From positions 8,394,424 to 8,458,008 of the forward strand of contig NC_057758.1 in assembly GCF_004010195.1 (NCBI RefSeq): 63,585 bases of DNA, in the 5' to 3' direction. The number at the start of each line of letters is the position of its first letter. Within the stretch, counting starts at the first letter, position 1. Position numbers and translations under genes: made by a program. This document shows, in pieces, positions 37,770 through 49,099 of the stretch. The stretch is from Chiloscyllium plagiosum (Eukaryota). Under the pieces are notes generated by a model. That model was not told the DNA's origin and searched no databases. It saw only the letters and a list, made by a program, of their open reading frames with translations.

Positions 37770-38640
37770 ACAACTATTTTTGTTCCGTAAAATGCAGAAA
37801 GAGACGATTATCAAGTTAAGTGACAGCTTGGGAAAGGGCAGGAGGGAGTTAGAGTATGGGGGCATTTCAGGCCCTTTTTCCCAGGAAGAAGTGAAGAGCT
37901 CTGACATCATCATTTTCTTGGATGGACGTGCGAAGAGAATGCACTTCCATGGTAAGGAAGAGGCAGTGCAGTTCGCGGTCTGAACGTACTAAATGTCCTA
38001 AAATGACAGCGCAGTGGTGTATGTAAGTGAGACTGGACTGGTTAAGAGGCGATCACGTCGAGACAGGTAGGACTGGATGAGTTGTATTGGGAAAGAGCTT
38101 GCAGAAACAATAGGTCTGTCCTAATTGCCTTGTTCGTGGATTGTGGGATGGAGGTCGCAGCGACTATGAACAGTTGGCAGACGATGAACTTGTACGCAAT
38201 AGAGAAGAGGTCACCGGAGAAAATAATCTTTGTGACAATTGTGGAGAAAATCTCCTGTTGTTGCCCATGGTGGTCCAAGAGGAGACATCTGAGAACTATC
38301 GGTCAGCCTCTGCAATGTCGAGGTGAAAAAGACAGCCAACATAAACTCCACCTTTGTCAGCAGGCTTAATTACAGGGTGAGAGTTGAATCTGAGGGCACA
38401 TTTCAGTCATGTAACAGGGAGATATGTTGTAATATGGAAGGGAAGGAAGAGGAATTCAGTTGACCAACGTCATGTCACATTTCCCAATGAATAGGTCGAG
38501 TGCAGGTTAAAGTCCAGACTGAGGCTTTAGGTGGACGAAGAGTGATGGAAGTGCTTGATCGTACCTGTGGAACGTGGAGATTATTCTTGTTCAAAGAAAT
38601 GAGCACGGAGGTGAACCGGTGCATCATGGTTGATTTAAAA
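37770..38640 (-). mobile_element. Decayed PLE reverse-transcriptase N-terminal fragment
   Basis: Minus strand VIKPADKGG, RPIVS, LFLTMEVHSLRTSI. Confidence 0.75.
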
Positions 38641-39479
38641 CTATGCCATGAAAGGGTTTAACTGTAAACGTATTGAATTTGCATGACTTTTTTGAAAAAC
38701 ATATGCACTATGCCAATATGAATAATAGAGATGAACCAGCCAGGAAGATAAAGAAGTGATCCATCACGAAATAATGGTTGAAGAATGGCAGTTTGCATGG
38801 GTATTGAATCAATAGATTTTGTGTACAAACACAAACTCCATGCATCGTTTCGAAGTCTTTTTTTGGTATGAGGAAATGTTGTGGTAATACTGAGTGACGT
38901 GGGATTCAGTTTTTTTATTTTCTCGATGTTATTACAAAATGTTCTCTTCTGCAATAAAACGCATCGTGAAGGAAAGTATGTGTATGCATGAAATCATGAG
39001 GAATAAAGCAGATGGGGGTTTAATTGGTGCAACCAGCTAACTTTCTGGCAGATGAGTTGGGTCGTGTTGGCTGTGTGAAAAAATAAACCTGTTAGCAATG
39101 AATGCACCAGCGGAAATCCCCTTAGTGGTATATTTCTGTGAATGACATCACACGAACTTCGATGTAATTTTCGATGGAATCTTATACGATTCAACAGGCT
39201 GGGAGCTGACAACAGAATTAGGGCAGGAAGGCCTTGCAAAGATTTCACTTCATGCAGTCCTGGGTGTTTCTGTGAAACATAATGTATTGTAGGGAGAATA
39301 TATTTAAAATGCAGAAGTATCAGTGAAAAATCAAAGTGTGTTACATCATCACTTTAAAACGCTAGAACAATCAATCAACAATCATCAAATAGAGTCTGGA
39401 ATGTTACATTCATCAGGCAAAATTATGGCTGATATTGGAACACAGCGAGTCCACTACTAATGCAGGAAACATGCTCCAT

Positions 39480-41920
39480 GCCATTGCAACTCTCTGAGTA
39501 AAGAAACTAGCTCTGACATCTCTCCTCTATCTATCAACCCTCAACTTAAAGTCGTGTCCCCTCGTGCTAGCCATTACCATCTGAGGGAAAAAGCTTTCTG
39601 TGTCCACCCTATTTTAACCTGTGATTATCTTATATGTCTCAGTTAAGTGAACTCTCAACCTACTTTCCACTGCAGAAAACAGTCTCAAGTACCACAGCCT
39701 TTCCTCATTCGGCTTTTCCCCCACACCAGGCAACATCCTAGTAAATCTCTTCTGCACCTTTTCCAGAATTTCCACATCCTTCCAATAACGCGGACTCCAG
39801 ACCTGTACGAAATACTCCAAGTGCAGCCGCAAAAGAATTTTGTACAGCTGCAGCATGACCTCATGGTTCCTAAACTCAATCGCTCTACCAATAAAACCTG
39901 ACACACCGTGTGCATTCATAACAACCCTGTCAACCTGGATTGAACGTTTTATGCAACTATGTACATTGATGCTGAGATCTCTCTCCGCATTTACACGACC
40001 AAGAATCTTAAAATTGTCTTAGTACTCCTTTTTGGCTTTACTCCTTCCAAAGTGAATCACCTCACACATTTCCTATTAAACTCCATTTTCCAACTCTCAG
40101 ACCAGTTCGACATTTTATCTATGTCCCACTGTCACCTGCAACGTCTTTCAGCACAATTCACAATTCCTCCGACTTTGGTACCATTTTCAAATTTACTAAC
40201 CCACGCTTCTATGCCCTCATCTCGGTCATTTATAAAAGTGACAAACGGCCGTGGCCCCAAAACAAATAATTTCTGTATACCAGTAAAACTGAACTCCAGG
40301 ATGCACATTTACCATCAACCACCGACATCTATCTTCTTTCACCCAACCAATTTCTGATCCAACCTGCCAAATCACACTCAATCCCATTCCTCCGTATTTT
40401 GTGCAATAGCCTGCCATGGGAAACCTTGACAAACGCCTTGCTGAAATCAGTTTACGCCACATCAATCAATTTACACTTATCAACTGTTTGGCCACCATCT
40501 CAAAGACATCAATAAGGTTGCTGAGGCACGATCAACCTTTCACAAAACTTTGTTGACGAACCAAAATCAATTTATTCCTCTAGAGATGATTACAAATCCT
40601 GATTCTTATAACTTTCTGCAACACTGCAGAAAACTAAAGTAAGGCTCACTAATCTGCAATTAACAGGATTGTCTCTCCTGAGTGTCTTCAACAAGGGAAC
40701 AGCATTTGCTATCTTCCAGACGTCTCGCATTTTTGCTGTTTACAATGACGAAATAAAGTTTATCGTTAAAGTTTCGGCTATCCCCTCCCTGGATTCTCAG
40801 AGAATTTTAGTGTACATTATATCAGGTCCAGGGCACTTCTTTTATTTTTACACTTTTCAGAACTGTGAACCACTCCAAATTGTGGCCCTCAATCCCACCT
40901 AATCTTGTAGCCTTTATCTCAGTATTCTCCGCGACAGCATTGTGTTTTTCCATTGTGAATATTGACGAAAAAGTAATCATTTAGCGCTTCTGGTATCTCC
41001 TTGGATTCCACGCACAATTTACTACCACTGTCCTTGACTGGCCCGAATCATTTTCTGACCATTCATTTATTCCTGACGTTAAAGTTTCGGCTATCCCCTC
41101 CCTGGATTCTCAGAGAATTTTAGTGTACATTATATCAGGTCCAGGGCACTTCTTTTATTTTTACACTTTTAAGAACTGTGAACTACTCCAAATTGTGGCC
41201 CTCAATCCCACCTAATCTTGTAGCCTTTATCTCAGAATTCTCCGCGACAGCATTGTGTTTTTCCATTGTGAATATTGACGAAAAAGTAATCATTTAGCGC
41301 TTCTGGTATCTCCTTGGATTCCATGCACAATTTACTACCACTGTCCTTGACTGGCCCGAATCATTTTCTGGCCATTCATTTATTCCTGACAATCATGTAG
41401 AAAGCTTTAGGATTTTCCTTGATCCCCTCCGAGCCCTGCTTAGCATAGTCCTTAGTTTTTTCCTGGCTAACCTGAAACTCTCAAACCTCCGAATTGGACC
41501 TTCACGTCTCATTCTCACATAAGCCTTCTTCTTCCTCTTGACAAGACATTCAATTTCTTTAGTAAGCCACGGCCTCCTCGCTCGACCTCTTCCTCCCTGC
41601 ATGACAGATACATCCTTATGAAGAATACTCAGTGGCTGTTACTGAATTATTCTTTACATTTCAATGATTCCCACCCCTGCAGTTTCCTTCCCCATCCTAT
41701 TATCATATTTTCTTTTCCCAGCAGCAACTGCTGCCCTGCGGAAGACACCTATCCCTTTCTATTGCTAAATTAAACATAAATGAATTGTGGTCACCATTGC
41801 AAGAGTTCTCACCTAAATCCAAACTAACACCTGGCCAGGGTCATTACCCAGTACCAAATCCAATGAGTTCTCACCGCTTGTAGGCCTGTCAACATATTGT
41901 GTCAAGAAACCATTCAACCA
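39480..41920 (-). mobile_element. CR1 LINE ORF2, decayed
   Basis: MLQLYKILLRLHLEYFVQVWSP...FTRMLPG; RPWLTKEIECLVKRKKKAY. Confidence 0.92.
40764..41390. repeat. Tandem duplication, 313-bp unit, inside CR1
   Basis: cgttaaagtttcggctatcccctcc starts at 40764 and 41077; about five substitutions between units. Confidence 0.95.
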
Positions 41921-42347
41921 CTGGCTGCAAATTAGCTAACTGAGAACTCCAAGACCAGCTTGGCCAAGAGCGAAGGGATGCGAGAAGTTTAAGAGCTCTG
42001 AGAAACAACGACTATAAATATTTCTGTCGGTGGAGTAGGCGATTTTCAAGACTCACGAAATGGAACATAGTAGACATTTCAGAGGACTTTGAACTCAACC
42101 AGATTATATATACATCAGGAACACTCAGTCGAATATGCGTCCAAACATGTTATCCAGAGACAATATGGACCAATACGCAGATGAAAAAATACTCCCTTTG
42201 TCATTTCAGTCGGTATTAGATTATCCGTCTTTGAATTTCTTGTTTAATTGAATCTGCTCTTTCAGCCAAAATTGAATATATGTATGAACTGACTTGAGAT
42301 TAATATGAGTGTTGTGATTGTGTGATGCCCTAGAGGTTTGATGCATG

Positions 42348-42356
42348 TATATATAA
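42348..42356 (+). promoter_or_regulatory. Candidate TATA box of GPCR gene 1
   Basis: TATATATAA ~88 nt upstream of the ATG; a TATAAAA sits at a similar distance upstream of the paralog at 61269. Confidence 0.4.
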
Positions 42357-42435
42357 GATACCCTTCCATTGACTCTGCATTGGCTCGGCAGAGCACGTTA
42401 GCTCTCCAGAAGCTCCAGATTCGATGTCATGCAAA

Positions 42436-44278
42436 ATGGGGAAGCCTGCAATTCTGCTGGTGAAAGAGATTTACTACCCAATACTTGCATCTGTTGCTCT
42501 TCCTGGTGAGACTATTTTGTTTACCGTATTTTCCTGAATCAACTTGTTAAAAAAATTACGTACTGCATGAGGAGGAGGGTATTTCTTGGTCATGGGATTA
42601 ATTCACTACCACTGTGTCACAGTAAGTCATCGTCATCAACTGTAATTGCTCTCCCTTCATCCCTGGCATCACTTTCATTGGTTATTCACAAATTGTGCTA
42701 AGTAACCAATTTCTTTCATGTCAATCTTTCAGCAAAAGTAATTTGCAAGAGTTTGTGTATCAGTTGTGGTTCAATGTTTAAGACTACGGCCTCATAATGC
42801 GGCGAAACCGATTTCGAATCGAGCATCGGGCGACTGTCTGTACCACAGTTGCACGTTGTCCCCTGTCTGTTTAAGGGGTCATCCAGCTGCTCTTGTTTCC
42901 ACACAAAAAGATATGCCGGTTTGGAGAATTGGCTATGTTAAATTGCCCAAGATGTCGAGGGATGAGCTGGCTAGATGCTTTAGGTATGCAAATGCTGGGT
43001 TACCGAGGTAGAGCAAGGATGTGGATCTGGGCAAGAGATTCTTTGGAGGTTGACGTCGACTCAATGGGCGAATTGGCCGCCCTCGATGATATGGGGATTC
43101 TATAATTCTATGTACTTTGCGTCCTGATCTTTGCTTTCACCTCATATTGTTCGGGTGACCGCAAGATTCTTTCATGATCCCGTGTAGTTTTGACTACGTC
43201 GTTATCTGTACATGCAGAACTCAGTGCCAGTTGTTGATTTTTTACAAATCAAGTAATTCGCATGTAATTTACAGATATTTTCACAAGTCGGGCTCTAACA
43301 TTAATAGTGTTGAGAATCAGACATTCGTGTATTATTCACTCTTTTTTTGTCTGCTTCACAGCGAACTGGGCCACAATTTGGATTATTTCACGAAGGAAAT
43401 GTGGCCTGTCCAAGTGTGTCACTGTTTACATGTTGGCCATGGCAACAACTGATATACTGATCCTAATGAACAATGTCATCCTCTATTACATCATCAGTTA
43501 TCGCTTCCCTTGGTCATTCCTGTCCCATACTCGTCTTTGCAGTTTCATTATATATCTGACTGCAGCCATTCCTGATTTGTCTGTTTGGTGCGTTGTCTCC
43601 TTCACATTTGACCGATTTGTAGTGATCTGCTGCCAGAGGTTTCAAACAACTTACTGTACCAAAAGAACTGCAATCACGCTGGTAACAACAATCACGGCTG
43701 TGATTATATTGAAGGAAATACCTGTTCTGTTTGCTTATGAACCTCAGCAAATAATTAACAAAGTGCACTGGGGCTGTCGGTCAAGAGACGCCTTTTTTTC
43801 GTCTTCTGCTGGTATAGGTTATGTATGGTTTTACAGCGCCTGTGTTGTTTGGATTCCATTTACTCTAATTCTCTTGTGTAATTCATTAATTGTCAAGCGT
43901 ATTGTCATGGCAAATAGAACCCACACTGGACTTCAGAGCTGCAAGAGTGGGATCAAAAGTGATTCAGAAATAGAGAGACGCAGAAAGTCAATCATTTTGT
44001 TATTTGCTATAACAGTAAGCTTTCTCTTGTCCTGGTTGACATTTGCCGTGGCTTTGTGCATTACCAGACTAACAGGGACTACTTATTACCGCGGCAAGTT
44101 CACAAACCCAGCATTTATCGCCATGGAAACGGCAGAAATGTTGAGGTATTTTAGTTGCTTTCTAAACCCTTGTATTTATGCAGCTACCCAGAATCAATTC
44201 AGAGCAGAGTTTAAAATTGTGCTAAAATATCCATGGATATTTAAGTCGGAAATATATTCTAAAGAATTCAGTAAATGA
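42436..44278 (+). CDS. GPR139/GPR142-like class A GPCR, two exons: 42436-42505 and 43362-44278 (987 nt, 328 aa)
   Basis: Exon 1 MGKPAILLVKEIYYPILASVALP ends G|GTGAGA; acceptor ttttttgtctgcttcacAG; phase-1 join reads LP-ANWATIWIISRRKCGLSKCVTVYMLAMATTDIL; FTFDRF (DRY-like), NPCIY (NPxxY), seven hydrophobic segments; no stops. Confidence 0.9.
42760..43110 (+). mobile_element. Diverged V-SINE-type SINE in the GPCR intron
   Basis: ggcgactgtctg, gaattggctatgttaaattgccc, tail ggggattctataattctatg. Confidence 0.75.
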
Positions 44279-45690
44279 ATTTCGCCCAACAAATGATTGT
44301 GCCAAATAACGTTTATTTTCCTGTATTTTTTCTAACACATAACACTGTTTCTTGTTAAATGAAACAAGAGTCATTTCTATATTCTCATATCTTGGCTTTC
44401 TCACATCATCTTTGATATTATTTTATTTTATTGGTTATTTGGTGCGTAAAGATAACATTCTATAGTAAATGCTGCACAGTCTTGCATTCAGAGAATTAGG
44501 ATAACGTGATGATGATGGAATTAAGCGTCCATATGAAAATCAAGTGCATCTGTTTCAGCCACTGAATTCGATTACGTCTGTTTGAAAACATCAATCAATT
44601 GTAATTGAGTACAAGCCAACGATCCAGTTCGTCCAAATCTTTTGGCAAATCTATTCGACATTGGATCACATATTGATGGCTGCATGCATAATCTGGGACA
44701 GAGCTCATCATTTTTTTGTATTATTGTTTTCAAATGGCGGATGTCCTACGGAGGAAAAATTCCACTCTCAGTCGATCAATGTTCCGTGGCATTTCTGACA
44801 AGTTGTGTATCCCACACATGACAAAATTCCAGTCCTTTAAACATCATAATTTTGTACAGCGTTTTTTTCACAAAAAATATAAAAAGATAGAATTATGGAG
44901 ACACTCAGCATCTGTGAAGATATTTGGTAGTTTCTATTTCGAGTTCAGTAAACCACCTTCAAAATTGTTTGGAAACGTAACTGCACTAAAACTGCATCCG
45001 TTCTAAAATAAATCTCATAACAATGCATGAATTAAATGTTTTTGGTACAGTGTCTGTTCGAGATAAGTTAACTGCAATCCAAAAAATACATCATCAGAAA
45101 TTCTATAAGATTAAATTGTCATTACTTTCTGATAATAAATGCAAGGTGTGCTGTATGAACACAGCAATTCTTGCACCACCAGTGGAGAGATGACCAACAA
45201 ATGCTTTGAGACCAAATTCCTTTTCTTCAGCGGTTTTACGCCTAAAACTTTCCATTCTGCTGATTTTCATCAACTAAGGCACTTTCTAACTCTGTAAAGT
45301 TATAACGTTATGAAAAGCATGCAACGTTCAATAATGAACACGTGTTTATTGGTCGTCCTCTTCTTTATCTGTCAGCATTATCTGAGAAACAGAATGGTTT
45401 TACAAAGGACTGGATATGAATGGCAAATATGTCCAGTGAACTTTAGGACCCCGTCCCCCCATTTTCAAAAAGTACATTCTGCAAAACAATTTGAAATTAT
45501 GTCCATGTTTATCTAATACACATCTACATAGGTCACAATATTCGTTTACATAGATTAACTATTGGATTTATCTGTAAAAGAGTGATTAAAATGGATTGAG
45601 TATTAAAAGACTTCCTTTAGCATATGTGACAGAAAAAGTGATGACAGTAGAGCACTGGATGTGGTATACATGAATATTAGAAAGGCGTTT

Positions 45691-45998
45691 GATTAGATTA
45701 GATTAGCTACAGTGTGGAAACAGGCCCTTTGGCCCAATAAGTCTTTGAAACGTAACCCACACAGACCCAGTTCCCTCTGACTAACGCCCCAAACACTGTT
45801 TTGTCAATTTAACATGCCCAATTCACTGACCTGCACATCTTCGGATTGTGGGAGGAAACTGGAGCACCCGGAGGAAATCCACGCAGACACGGGAAGAATG
45901 TGCAAACTCCACAGAGACAGTTGCCTCAGGCTGCAATTGAACCTGGATCCCTGGTTCTGTGGGGCAGTAGTGCTAACCACTGAGCCACCGTGCCGCCC
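45691..45998 (-). mobile_element. HE1/V-SINE-type SINE with (TAATC)n tail
   Basis: Reverse complement ggcacggtggctcagtggttagcactactgcc head; inserted at CR1 tttgat|aagg. Confidence 0.92.
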
Positions 45999-46870
45999 CA
46001 AGGTAGCACGGTGGCTCATTCAACAAGTAGAGATTCATGGGAGAGAGGGAAATTTGGCTACATAGATAAAGGATTGGCTGGTCCAGGGAATACAGAGGAT
46101 GGCAGTAAATAGAAAGTGTTCAGCCTGGAGAGACGTGTCCAGGCTTGTCGAACGAGAATCTGTTCTAGGATCTCTACTCTTTGTGATGTTTATAAATGCC
46201 TTGAATGAGGAAGCAGTAGGGTGAGTGAGCATGTTTGTCAATGGCGGGAATATTCGTGGAATTGCAGAGAGCGTGGAGGGCTGTTAAAGGCGACAATGAA
46301 ACATTGCCAATATACGGTGCTGGGTTAAGAAGTGGCAGATGGAGTTCAACCTGGAAAAGTCTGAAGTGATTAATTTTCTAACGTCCAATTTGATTGCAGA
46401 TTGCAGGGTTAAAGGTAGGATTCTTGGTAGTACAGAGGAACAGAGGAATCTTGGGGTCTACTTGCATAGATCTTCAGAATTGCCACACAAATTGGGAGGG
46501 TTGGCATGTGGGCCTATGTTATGTTGTCTTTGATTAACAGTGGGCTTTGACTTGTGAAAAAGTGAGGTAATGCTGTAACTCTATAAAGCTCTGATTAGAC
46601 CACACTTGGAATATTGTGTTCAGTTCCCGTCGGCTCATTACAGGAAGGACGTGAAAGCTTGAGCGATAGTGCAGAGAAGATTTAAAAGGATGCTGCCTGA
46701 ACGGAAGGGCAGTCCTTATGAAGGATGACTGAAGAAACTAGTGTTTTTCTCATTGGAGTGAACAAGGATGAGATGTAACTTGAAAGAGCTGTGCAAGATG
46801 ATGAGTGACATGGATGGAGTGACTGAACAAAGACATTTTCCCAGGGTGGAAATGGCTATCACGAGGTCCA

Positions 46871-47075
46871 GAGTCAAGCGTCGAGTGGTGCTGGAACAGC
46901 ACAGCAGGTCAGGCAGCACCGGAGGAGCAGGAAAATCGACGTTTCAGGCAGGAGCCCTTCTCCTATCCGAAACGTCAATTTTCCTGTTCCTCGGATGCTG
47001 CCTGACCTGCTGTGCTTTTCCAGTACGACTCTAATCTTGACTCTGATCTCCAGCACCTGCAGTTCTCACTTTCGC
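46871..47075. mobile_element. Head-to-head inverted family A element with 15-bp TSD
   Basis: ctatcacgaggtcca (46856-46870) and ctatcacgacgtcca (47076-47090); arms are reverse complementary around ~46955-46968. Confidence 0.88.
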
Positions 47076-47184
47076 CTATCACGACGTCCATAATCTCAAA
47101 CTGATTGCAGCAATTTGTTGGTAAAATGTCATAGGTAGATTCTTAGCACAGAGAGCTTCAGGTGCGTGAATGCACTGTCAGCAG

Positions 47185-47300
47185 GGCTTTTGCTGTAAAC
47201 GCCGATGTTCCTGCTTCTCGGATGCTGTTTGACCTGCTGTGCTTTTGTCAGCACCACACTCTCGACTCTAATCTACAGCATCTGCAGCCGTCACTTTTGC
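47185..47300 (+). mobile_element. Decayed family A insertion
   Basis: gggcttttgctgtaaacgccgat...ggatgctgtttgacctgctgtgctttt...cagcatctgcag; possible TSD tgtcagcag/tgccaacag. Confidence 0.7.
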
Positions 47301-47895
47301 CAACAGTGATGTTCGAGTCAGATATATAGGAAACATTTAAGGGAATCTTAGTTCGCCAAATGGTTGATAATAAAATGAAGGTTCCCTTGATAAGTTTGAT
47401 CTGAGAATAGTATAAACATTCGGCACAACATCGGTGTCCGGAAAGCCTGTACTGTGCTGTATTTTGCTGTTATGTTCTATGCTGTATATTCTAAATCATA
47501 TGACGTATAATATTTAAAGATAATGTAATGAAAATATCAGAAATATGATGGCTTTCTCAAAGACAGCAAGAAAATTTCGAGTAGAAAACACATGATCACA
47601 GAAACTAAACATTTTAAATGTCAGATGCTCTCTCATAAAAACAGAAGTATTTTTGTTTCCTAAGCAATTGAATTAGTTTAAATCAAACTGCTAATGGGTG
47701 CAATGCATACAGACACAACCATGAAATTTGGAAATTGACATGGCAACAAAATTCAATTGGAACGTTCTAAGTAAATGAATCTGCTCTCAACCAAATGGAT
47801 ACCTTCGGTAACACGTGTACACGAACGTAGAAGAGGAAACTTTCATAGTTGATGACACTTCATCTGCATTTAATGCATTTAGTTGTTACGCGAAT

Positions 47896-48050
47896 GTGTG
47901 ATGCTGTTCCAGCACATCAGTTCAGGCACCATCCGAGGGGCAGGAGAATCGACATTTCAGGCATAAGCCCGTCATCAGACTGCGACCTGATGTGAAATAA
48001 TTTTCCAGCACCACACTCTCACCTCGAAACTCCAGCATCCGTTTACCTAA
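47896..48050. mobile_element. Inverted family A element (minus HHR at ~47947-47979 plus a short plus-strand tail)
   Basis: gaatcgacatttcaggcataagcccgtcatcag followed by ttttccagcaccacactctc. Confidence 0.75.
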
Positions 48051-49099
48051 CACTCCCCGCATGTAATGGCCGATTTTATGAGGATAAAGGGCAAGTAAAT
48101 TGGGGAGCACGGAAATAACATTTTAGATATTTTATTCTCCCATCAGGAAAATTGATTATCGAAAAGGTTATTGCAGCAAAACACAAGCAGATGACAGCAG
48201 TCCTATTTTTAAAGCGAGACTGGGGTCTATGCTCTGACTGGAAAACATTGACAATTGCAAGCAAATGTTGATCTGCATTATGTTACACGCCATTTTGAAA
48301 TTTAACCTGTTCTGCTTTCAACGCAATCACAAATTGTCCCAGTGGTTCCTTCTCACCTGAACTTTTTTCTCTCAGTTGATCAGCCTGCAGAACTCAAAGG
48401 AGCAGTTGCTATTCGGGAGTGTTCAGAGATTTGGAAAGGGAAGGTCCATAAGGGTTGGATTAATGTTGATGTAGTGTAGACTCATTTATGTGTTGATTAT
48501 GTTACTGGACTAGACAATTGCAAAAAAATCGAAGTTGAATTTGATTTAAAAATAACTGTTTCTGTAAACTGCAACCGTATACAATTGCAAACATTCTTCC
48601 TTTGCAGACCAAGTATTCATCTATTTTAAACTGTATTTCAAATTCAAGTAATGAAATGATTGCACGGCAGGATTCAACAACACTTTTTAAAACACTCTTT
48701 TGATAATTTGCGACTGATTTAATGCAATAAAAAATGCACTAATTTAGTGTATCTAATTTCTCACAAACAGCATTGTTATCAGCAGCAGTCCAACTGGGTT
48801 TTTGATGTTAAGGCAGGAATATAAATTGACAATGACACTAATGAGACGTTCTACAGACTACTGGCTCTCTTATTTCCATGGAGCCTTGAACATGACTTGA
48901 GAGAGTAGCAGATAACTTAAATAAACGAATTATGCATCCAGTCTTTGACGCTGAAATACTTCCTGAGCACTTCAGCCATTATTTATATTTCACTCAAGGC
49001 CGACAGTCGTATGCCGAAACACAAGTATCCAAATGAAATATTGGAAGCTGTTCAAAACTCAGTTACGTTCATGTCATGTTACTGCAATTTACATCCAGA

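Larger units (their letters stand above)
45590..47490 (+). mobile_element. CR1 LINE 3' part hosting a SINE and two HHR insertions
   Basis: RT and C-terminal motifs (MEFNLEKSEVI, RPHLEYCVQF); tail ctgtactgtgctg...tgttctatg. Confidence 0.88.

Noticed and set aside
36000..39480. Expected position of an inverted GPCR paralog implied by the non-coding duplication
   Set aside because: No GPCR-like coding remnant recognised on either strand.
43307..43361. ORF-track N-terminus MLRIRHSCIIHSFFVCFT of the GPCR
   Set aside because: Non-ATG start that reads through a polypyrimidine tract and AG acceptor; replaced by exon 42436-42505.
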